Positions 56,570 to 64,000 of a stretch of 64,000 bases of DNA are shown piece by piece (the first letter of the stretch is position 1; every line of letters begins with the position of its first letter). A model generated the notes under the pieces. The model was not told the origin of the DNA. It saw only the letters and a program-made list of their open reading frames with translations, and ran no database searches. The position numbers and the translations under genes are program-made. The DNA comes from an uncultured Nitrososphaerales archaeon (GTDB lineage: Archaea; Thermoproteota; Nitrososphaeria; Nitrososphaerales; Nitrososphaeraceae). The stretch lies in assembly GCA_963713605.1 (NCBI GenBank), contig CAVQMO010000015.1, forward strand, positions 64,001 through 128,000, read 5' to 3'.

Positions 56570-57853
56570 TTAGAACCCGTATTTGTAACTTCTTGAAGTC
56601 ATATTACCAATAGTGGGAGAAACAAAGGAATGTGAAAGACCTGAATGTGATTCAAGCCATGCATAAAGATCTGCTAAAACATAAGGTTCAATTGGTCCAA
56701 TTTCAGTGAACCACTGAGGTGAGGGATAGAAGAGGTGTCCCAAATTAGGATAAGTTATCAACATGTGGTCAGGGTGATTTACGTCAGTTAGCCTTTGTTG
56801 TAGGAGAAATGCTTGCTGAACTGTAGTTTGACTATCATTTTCTCCATTGAGTATTAGGATGTCTGTAAAGTTAGAGATATTGCCAATGATGCTTAAAGTG
56901 GGTATCAGATTAAGCTCCCATCTTAACCATACAGGACAGCCTCTAATATTGTTGCATTTGGACAGATTAAAAGCCGTCTGATTTTCATAATACTTTATCA
57001 ATTCAGGTCTGATTTGTTTCTGAATACTTACATCATCAGTAGTACCAAATTTCTCGACTAGGCTGTCAGTTATAGCCTTGGTATTATTAGAATCCAAAAG
57101 GGAAGATGATACCAAATAAAACCCTAACAAAGGATCCTTTGCTATTTGCTGTATCGATATCATTCCGGTGTGATTTTTATCCAGAACTTGCGTAGCGTAC
57201 TCTAATGGGTGATCTACCACTTGGTAGCGCAGGATATCTCCGACAAGGTTCTGGGCTGGAGCGCCCATAAGTATTAAATTCTTCACCTTGGTTGAATTAT
57301 CTATTGCTAACCTCGGAGCAATAATTGTACCTTCACTATGACCAATTACACTTATCCTTTGAGGATCTACTTCAGGTTGTACTGCTAGAATATTCAAAGC
57401 ATTCCCTGCATCATGAATTAGATCATCGACTGTAGCATTTCCCCATACATTCTGATCAGTTATGTGGTTTGCACCTACGCCTCTCTTATCATATCTGAGT
57501 ACTGCAAAACCTCTTTCTGATAGATATTGAGTGATTTGCCAATACGGTTTAGGAACATCATTGTGAACATCTGATCCCGTAGTTTCATTCTTATTAAGAG
57601 CACCAGAACCATGAATGAGCAGCACAGCAGGAAATGGTCCATTTCCCTCTGCGGGAAGTGTTAATTGAGCATTGGTCTTTACTCCATTTCCTAAATCTAT
57701 TATGAGATCTCTATATTTTATTGTTGGAATGTATTGTTGAGCTAGCGCATGGTCTTGTTGTTTAAAAAAAGTAGTAGACAAACAAGATAATCCAAGCGTA
57801 CCTATCAAAAATAATCCCAAAGTTAGGTTCACACATGTTGTACAATAGCACAA
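56570..57853 (-). CDS. Secreted alpha/beta hydrolase (serine aminopeptidase/S9-like)
   Basis: PAVLLIHGSG; LRYDKRG; GHSEG; GENDSQ; YPNLGH. Confidence 0.9.
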   Translation of the reverse strand: MCYCTTCVNLTLGLFLIGTLGLSCLSTTFFKQQDHALAQQYIPTIKYRDLIIDLGNGVKTNAQLTLPAEGNGPFPAVLLIHGSGALNKNETTGSDVHNDVPKPYWQITQYLSERGFAVLRYDKRGVGANHITDQNVWGNATVDDLIHDAGNALNILAVQPEVDPQRISVIGHSEGTIIAPRLAIDNSTKVKNLILMGAPAQNLVGDILRYQVVDHPLEYATQVLDKNHTGMISIQQIAKDPLLGFYLVSSSLLDSNNTKAITDSLVEKFGTTDDVSIQKQIRPELIKYYENQTAFNLSKCNNIRGCPVWLRWELNLIPTLSIIGNISNFTDILILNGENDSQTTVQQAFLLQQRLTDVNHPDHMLITYPNLGHLFYPSPQWFTEIGPIEPYVLADLYAWLESHSGLSHSFVSPTIGNMTSRSYKYGF

Positions 57854-58011
57854 TTATAATAAAAGGAACTGATGCTTGTATTTGAGGATTTATGTTTAAA
57901 ATATTGACTATAGGCTTCTCTATATTCCAGATTACTTACGTGAATTAGTCAGGACAAATAGTAAATCTAGATCAAAAATAAGAACAGTCCCGGTCTTTAG
58001 AAATTGTGGAT

Positions 58012-58055
58012 GAGCCCAAAATTTAAGTCAAAAATGGTTCACATACCCTTGGGCC
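58012..58055. repeat. 44-bp direct repeat, copy 2
   Basis: GAGCCCAAAATTTAAGTCAAAAATGGTTCACATACCCTTGGGCC. Confidence 0.92.
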
Positions 58056-58634
58056 ATTAGAGATCTAAAACTATCATTCTTACAAATTGATTCAACTTTT
58101 CGAGTCTATCGTAATGGGCAAAGATGGAAAACATGATTATTATGTAGGAATAGACATCGTATAGTAGTATAAACCAAGAATTAAGACTAAGACTTTAGCA
58201 TGCCCTATTAAGTGAACTGTATTTTGGTGTATATTTCTTCTTCTCTTAAAGCATTCTTAATCATGAGTTACTAGTGAGTCGTTAACTCTGGTAGTGTTCA
58301 CATTCATTATCTCTTCTTTAATCATTCATATTATGCATGTAAGAGAACATCCAACGAGACCCCGGACCAGCGGATATCAAATTTTATGGTTTAGAAAGAC
58401 AAGATATGTCACTGGGAAAGAGAAATCAAAGCTGACATAGAATGGAGATAACTTGACTAGCCTAATATTCGCAAAAGTGAAGTCAAAATTATAACCATCT
58501 TTTTTATTGGGCAAGTAGCAGACAGCTGCATCAAATGTATTCAATGTAATCATTTTTATGTTTTAGTTTCATTCTAATTTATTAAGACCAACCAGCAGCT
58601 GTAAGTCAAACGCGGAAAAGCTGGGGTAGATGAG

Positions 58635-59063
58635 ATGGATAATATTCAAGAATTAACATATAATCATAGTAATAATAAATTTGCAACAGAAAAGAAAACA
58701 ATAATGATATGTGAAGATGAACCAGACGTGCTATTATCATTTGAGCTGGTACTCAAGTCAATGTATAACATTATTCCAGTTAGTTCTGGTAAAGATTGTA
58801 TAATTAAGTACAAAGAAGAAAATAACCGGGGAAATAAAATAAATCTCATACTATTAGATTACAGATTGGGTGATATGTTTGGCGACTCTGTTGCTCGTAC
58901 AATAAAACAGTATAACGAAACTAGAATTATTCTAATCTCAGCATTTGATCTAGATCATGCATTGTTGAAAGAATTAGAAGATGGAGATTACATAGCAAAA
59001 TACGTGGAAAAACCGATTTATGCTAATCGACTTATAGATCTAGTATCTGATACGATAAGCTAA
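58635..59063 (+). CDS. Single-domain response regulator
   Basis: ICEDEPD; LLDYRLGDMFG; ISA; EKP. Confidence 0.9.
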   Translation: MDNIQELTYNHSNNKFATEKKTIMICEDEPDVLLSFELVLKSMYNIIPVSSGKDCIIKYKEENNRGNKINLILLDYRLGDMFGDSVARTIKQYNETRIILISAFDLDHALLKELEDGDYIAKYVEKPIYANRLIDLVSDTIS

Positions 59064-59065
59064 GA

Positions 59066-59479
59066 TTGCTTGTCTATGCAATAACAACTAAAGTTGCATG
59101 GTCCAATGTGATGTCAAGCTTACTTCATTCGCGTTTGAAGATTTTCGAGCTTCCGCTTCTCAGACTGGCCCAGACAATAAATCAACATTACATGGTTATG
59201 GCAACTAGTAACTTTACAAAAGATGCTGGTTTTAAAGAAAGCAAGGAGGGATTGAGTACAATCCCTTATTATGGTAATGGTAGTGTAGGCGGTGTTAATA
59301 CTACTATGTCGGACACTTTTCAGGTTCTAATTAGACATAACTTGGGAGAAAATTGCTCTTATGTTTGGAATAAAATGTTCACTCAATTTTTTACACGTCT
59401 ACGAAACTCCATAGAATACGAGATAGAATATGATGAGACAATGATTTCTATCAGATTAAAAGTAAAGCAAGGCGAATAA
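59066..59479 (+). CDS. Hypothetical protein or fragment
   Basis: LIRHNLGENCS-type C-terminal motif; start uncertain. Confidence 0.4.
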   Translation: MLVYAITTKVAWSNVMSSLLHSRLKIFELPLLRLAQTINQHYMVMATSNFTKDAGFKESKEGLSTIPYYGNGSVGGVNTTMSDTFQVLIRHNLGENCSYVWNKMFTQFFTRLRNSIEYEIEYDETMISIRLKVKQGE

Positions 59480-59575
59480 ATCGATAGACAGATTAATGCC
59501 AGAACATCAAAGACAACCTGAATGCATCCAACAGATCATCATGACTCGTTGCATCTTTAGTAATAGTACTAAGTG

Positions 59576-60157
59576 TCATCCAGATGGACTAAATAAAGCA
59601 AGACCACAGTTGCTGCAATATTTGGGCTTACTATAGTAATTGTTACCACATCTGGGGCATTTGTATATACTCTTAGACTCTTCAAGTAGAGTCTGGCGTA
59701 GACTCTTCATCATGATAACGAGCCCGTTAAAATCTTCTTCGGTCAGTTTTTCGATTCCCTCGACTTTGTCTTTTATTGTTGCCTTCGTCTCATTTGCTAA
59801 TACTCTAGCCTTACCTTCGGCCTTTGGCTTTAATCTTTCCTGCATACGCTGAACTCTATCCTGCGAGATTATGCCTACTAAGGTTACGACGATACCAATT
59901 CCTGCAAACATCACTATTACCGCTACTATTCTACCGAGCGGCGTTATTGGAGTATAATCGCCATATCCAACAGTTGTCATCGTAGTTGCCGACCACCAAA
60001 GGGCGTCACCTAGGTTAGTTATATTCGCTCCTGGGTTGTTATATTCGGCCAGATACTCAGCAATAGCACCGAGAATTATGACTGATAAAGTTAGGATTAG
60101 CGCACTAAGGATTGTGTTCTTTTCTTGTAGAAATGTCTTGAAGCGGGTACTTTTCAT
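59576..60157 (-). CDS. 2-TM potassium channel with a C-terminal zinc ribbon
   Basis: ALWWSATTMTTVGYGD; CPRC...CSNC. Confidence 0.92.
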   Translation of the reverse strand: MKSTRFKTFLQEKNTILSALILTLSVIILGAIAEYLAEYNNPGANITNLGDALWWSATTMTTVGYGDYTPITPLGRIVAVIVMFAGIGIVVTLVGIISQDRVQRMQERLKPKAEGKARVLANETKATIKDKVEGIEKLTEEDFNGLVIMMKSLRQTLLEESKSIYKCPRCGNNYYSKPKYCSNCGLALFSPSG

Positions 60158-60665
60158 AAATACACTAGCATTCCTGCAAATATTGCGTTAGTTGGTGTGT
60201 ACTTGTTTGCTCTATTATTTAGCACATCGCAATGCGGCTTTCACATTTGGTTAATACAGGTTGAGTTTTTATCTTCAAGAAATATTTAATGCCAAAGTTT
60301 TAACATTTGAATGTTTCATAATTCTATCATTATTATTATTAAGTATACTTTGTTCAATACTGAGTAGGAAATCTAAAACATTGTCTAATGTCAGAACTGC
60401 AGAGACAGCCTAAAACTGTCGAATAAGTCCCATGACTAGTTTCTTCCTTATTCCTAAAAACTGGGACTTACCAATACTACTACCGCTGCTAATACTCGTA
60501 AGAGCAGCAGCAAGAAAACTAAGCAATGATCAGGTTCCTAGGGCACACTATTACATCACTTTGAAATTAACTGGTTAATCTTATCAATCAACCCCTGATT
60601 CTCAACGGGCGACAAGCTCTTTAGAAATATTCTAAATATATATAAAAAATAGAACGTAGCTGACT

Positions 60666-60983
60666 TCACCAATGCCTGTTGCTGTATTTATCGAGGTAAT
60701 CGGCGATTTCATCAAATGACAGACCCGAGTCATTCATTTCTATTAGTAAGTTTCTATCAATGCCAGCATATCTCAATGCAATTAGTACGCCCAATAACTT
60801 TGTAGTGGCATGCGAATCATCTTTACCATCCCATCCATAGTACGACATTAAAACACCAATTGTGCATCGACCGTTATGGCCATCAGAATACCGCTCAGTA
60901 ATCTGTTTAAACTGCTTTCCGTATGTACGTAGAATCTGAGAGACAGTCAGTTGTTGTTTTAATAGTTGCTGCTGCTTACCCAT
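60666..60983 (-). CDS. Conserved hypothetical protein, paralogue A
   Basis: SQILRTYGKQ...GRC..GV..SY.GWDG...NDSG..FDEIADYLD, shared with 62001-62291. Confidence 0.8.
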   Translation of the reverse strand: MGKQQQLLKQQLTVSQILRTYGKQFKQITERYSDGHNGRCTIGVLMSYYGWDGKDDSHATTKLLGVLIALRYAGIDRNLLIEMNDSGLSFDEIADYLDKYSNRHW

Positions 60984-61269
60984 TGTACCATTATTATGAC
61001 CTACAAGCTATTTAGAAACTATATCAAAGAGATTGCTACATTAGAATATTAGTAAGCTTTTCATGAGCATTTAAATAAATGCCTAAAAATATTAGGTTCT
61101 TCTAGCACTGGTAATATTTTATCAGTATAATAGTCATAACAATTATCCCGGGTCAGCAAATATTAGAATTAATCATATTCCGAGGGCAATGAAATACATA
61201 CCTATATTTACACTCTATAGATACATATGATAACTAATAAAAACTAAGATTACGATCAAAAACTTTGGA

Positions 61270-61554
61270 ATGGCTAGGCTTAATTTAGTATATGACTTAT
61301 TGCAAACAGCAAAGATCTCTTCTAGCACTGTAGATACAAAACGAGAGAAACATACCGATCAAATTTATTTTGTGATTTGTAATTCATGTTATTGGTGTGC
61401 AACTTACTTTGGGATTAATGTATCATTATCATTGCCACTAGCTTGTCATGCTTGTGGTTTACATAATACTGAGTTGATGCCTATATCGACCGATGAATCA
61501 TTCAGAATAGAATATAATTCAACAAGAGGCATGCAGATAGAATTCTACGGGTAA
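61270..61554 (+). CDS. Small zinc-finger protein
   Basis: CNSCYWC...CHAC. Confidence 0.75.
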   Translation: MARLNLVYDLLQTAKISSSTVDTKREKHTDQIYFVICNSCYWCATYFGINVSLSLPLACHACGLHNTELMPISTDESFRIEYNSTRGMQIEFYG

Positions 61555-61657
61555 TCTATCGGGTAATGACAAGTCTAACAAGTGTCTAATCACTTACTCT
61601 ATCTGAGTGATATTGAGTAGAACTTTCACTGTCACAGTAGTGTAATTTTATCCGCAA

Positions 61658-61966
61658 TTATTCGCTAATATCAATTGTTCTATTAGCTGATATTTCAAGA
61701 AGTGGGCTAAAGGCCTTCCAAAATTCTTGACTGCTAATATTAATGATAGGGCTGTCTGTTTCTGTTTTATTTGCTTCTAACCATATTATAACTATGTGTT
61801 TATCATCTGATTCTAACTTAATATTGGTAGAATTTAATGATGATTGTGTTGAATTGTTTCGACTAATGTTATCATTTAGTGGACTTTGCTGAGCTACAGC
61901 AAATGTAGTTTCATTGAAAACAAATAGAATCATAACTGATACTACCATTATAAGGTTATTTTTCAA
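61658..61966 (-). CDS. Small secreted protein
   Basis: Signal peptide ending AVA. Confidence 0.6.
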   Translation of the reverse strand: MKNNLIMVVSVMILFVFNETTFAVAQQSPLNDNISRNNSTQSSLNSTNIKLESDDKHIVIIWLEANKTETDSPIINISSQEFWKAFSPLLEISANRTIDISE

Positions 61967-62000
61967 AGTGTCACCTAAAAATATATGAATGATTTAACAA

Positions 62001-62291
62001 TCATAATCTACTATTATCGAATTTGTCTAGGTAATCGGCGATCTCATCAAACGTCATACCAGAATCATTCAGATCAATCATGAAAAAATCATCATGAAGG
62101 CCAGTTTTTGCTAAGGCGGCTTGTACACTCATAGTTATATCAGAATTAGGGTTACCATCCCAGCCGAAATAAGACAAGATGACACCCATCGCGCATCTTC
62201 CGTTAATTCCATCAGTGTATTGCTCTCTGATCTGTATATACTGCTTACCATATGTACGCAGAATCTGAGAAGCAGTCAATTCACTTTTCAA
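62001..62291 (-). CDS. Conserved hypothetical protein, paralogue B
   Basis: Same motifs as paralogue A; both preceded by ACAAGCTATTTAGAAA(C/G)TATA as read on the + strand. Confidence 0.8.
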   Translation of the reverse strand: MKSELTASQILRTYGKQYIQIREQYTDGINGRCAMGVILSYFGWDGNPNSDITMSVQAALAKTGLHDDFFMIDLNDSGMTFDEIADYLDKFDNSRL

Positions 62292-62578
62292 TAGTTGCTG
62301 CTGTGCAACAAGCTATTTAGAAAGTATAACAGAAGACAAAGATAACATAGTTTCTAAACATACCGACCTGAATCATTATATAGTATTATGCCCTTGTAGA
62401 ATTTGCAAGGTATCTGTAAATCCGTATTTGTTGATGTTCACTATGCAATCCTTTCAATTATTAATACGTAATTCTATCCTACCCTAATTATAGACTTTTG
62501 TTTATTGGCGTTACAAATTTATAGGAAGGGGGGATGGATGAGATGATATGAGATATCATATCCCCTAAGATAGTTGAC

Positions 62579-62794
62579 TTATAAAGGCACTTTTTCCCTT
62601 CTTTGTTTCAGCTTTTTAAAATAGATATTCAATCTCTGCCTATCTATTTTCTGTTTCCTCAGCTCAAATAATCTGTTTCTTGTGGATTCAAATATAAATT
62701 CTGGGACACTTCGATATAAACCATCTTTTATTACAGTTTTGTCAATAATATCGTGGAGTTCAGCAGGGATACTAAGATGAATTGGTTTTCTCAA
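62579..62794 (-). CDS. Ribbon-helix-helix (CopG-like) protein
   Basis: IHLSIPAELHDIIDK...LYRSVPEFIFESTR. Confidence 0.75.
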   Translation of the reverse strand: MRKPIHLSIPAELHDIIDKTVIKDGLYRSVPEFIFESTRNRLFELRKQKIDRQRLNIYFKKLKQRREKVPL

Positions 62795-63105
62795 CTAACT
62801 AATATTAGTAAAGTAGATGTCACTTAAATGACTTTCCTAGGCCGTCATCGTATATTTTTAATTGCATTCCCTTGATTTTGTAGTTACATGGAAACTTGCA
62901 GAACGGCAAAGTCAGAGATAATGCGTATCACAACTCCAAACCTAAACTATGACCATTCAGGAGAGTGCTTTTTATTCAGTATTGGATTTCAAAGGACCGT
63001 AGTCAGATCTGCCTTCCCTTGATATTTCTCCAACTTTTTCCTCTGCGAATAACCTTTAATAGATAACTCTACCCCAGTTTAATCTTTGTTCACTTATGGC
63101 TTCCC

Positions 63106-63423
63106 TTATCTCTGTTGTGCTCTAACTAGAGTCTTGTTTCTACCTTGACTATCAGTTATAGTTATTTCTGAACGTATGATGTCCGCATCCGGACTTACCA
63201 AATATTCATTTGCGTTAGAATCAAAGACATCTTCATATCTGTCATATTCGTCGTATGTCCGCTCCAGCCCACTATACTCAGAAACATACGTCCTAAAAAC
63301 GTCTGAATGGTTATTACTACCTAGACCAGAAGCAACACCCTTAGACCTTTTCTGAGGTTTTAAGTCCATGAAATCTTCCTTCTTATCTTTCTTGTTAGCA
63401 TTAGATTTAGTATTAGATTTCAA
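63106..63423 (-). CDS. Hypothetical protein
   Basis: 105-aa ORF, protein-like, no motif. Confidence 0.5.
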   Translation of the reverse strand: MKSNTKSNANKKDKKEDFMDLKPQKRSKGVASGLGSNNHSDVFRTYVSEYSGLERTYDEYDRYEDVFDSNANEYLVSPDADIIRSEITITDSQGRNKTLVRAQQR

Positions 63424-64000
63424 CCCATCTATTACAGATATTAATACCTTCGGTTCATAAAAAGGTTAGACTAACAATAGTAACTTGTTTCATCCTTATA
63501 TTATGGTAGCAACGGCATATCCAATGCCAGTTTAATTTTTGCTCACCAATAGTCCCTTAAATATTCGCTAAAACATATTGAGCATTCAAGTCTACCAAGT
63601 TCTCGGGCACAGCCGAAGTCTAGCTTGACTGCAAAAACTCGCTCTCCCGATTAGTTGTTTTCAACATACCTAACTAAACTAGTAACCCTTTATGCCCACG
63701 TAAGCTATTCCTAATCGCCAGCATAGAAACATCGCTTGGTTTCAATTAGATTTAAGACAACATATAGCTAGCCTTAGAACATCCAGTATCATGAAATGCT
63801 GAGTTAGTCTTATCTAAGGAATACGGATTTACGCCTTTGTTATTTGCACTCTAATATGTTGGATATTGAAATACGGGCGATAAACATAACGAAATTTGGT
63901 GTAGTAGATTAGACTTAGGGATAGAGCTTGCATATTCTTCCATATAGTATTAGTACAAGTATTTCTTCTGAACGAGTTAACCAAAGAAATGAATTCAGCG

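Overview
AT-rich archaeal chromosomal window, most consistent with a soil ammonia-oxidising archaeon (Nitrososphaeraceae). This rests on archaeal TATA-type promoters about 24 nt before leaderless ATGs, double-domain ThyX, CbiE, a 2-domain multicopper oxidase, a cupredoxin, and many family-typical secreted Cys/Gly/acidic low-complexity proteins. More than 15 genes are split by single-base frameshifts, probably uncorrected long-read errors, so pseudogene calls are tentative. No rRNA, intact tRNA, CRISPR array or integrase/transposase was recognised. Main blocks: (1) a 5.4-kb defence islet (AlbA_2 protein, Dam-like N6-adenine MTase, PD-(D/E)xK restriction endonuclease, YgjP remnant) bracketed by 45-bp identical direct repeats. 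(2) A copper-handling cluster at about 15.4-24.2 kb (CopD, CopC, His1 secreted paralogues, a His-rich membrane protein coupled to a double-wHTH regulator). Its promoters share a 19-bp palindrome GTACATTCGNCGAATGTAC, which at four promoters lies exactly 8 nt upstream of the TATA box, suggesting an undescribed archaeal regulon. (3) An MCO-ZIP-DtxR operon with a candidate operator. (4) An ORF-free region at 45.4-46.9 kb holding a promoter-equipped RNA candidate of about 100 nt with a three-way junction and loop-loop complementarity. (5) A hydrolase gene flanked by 44-bp direct repeats. All family assignments are from motif recognition by eye, not database searches.
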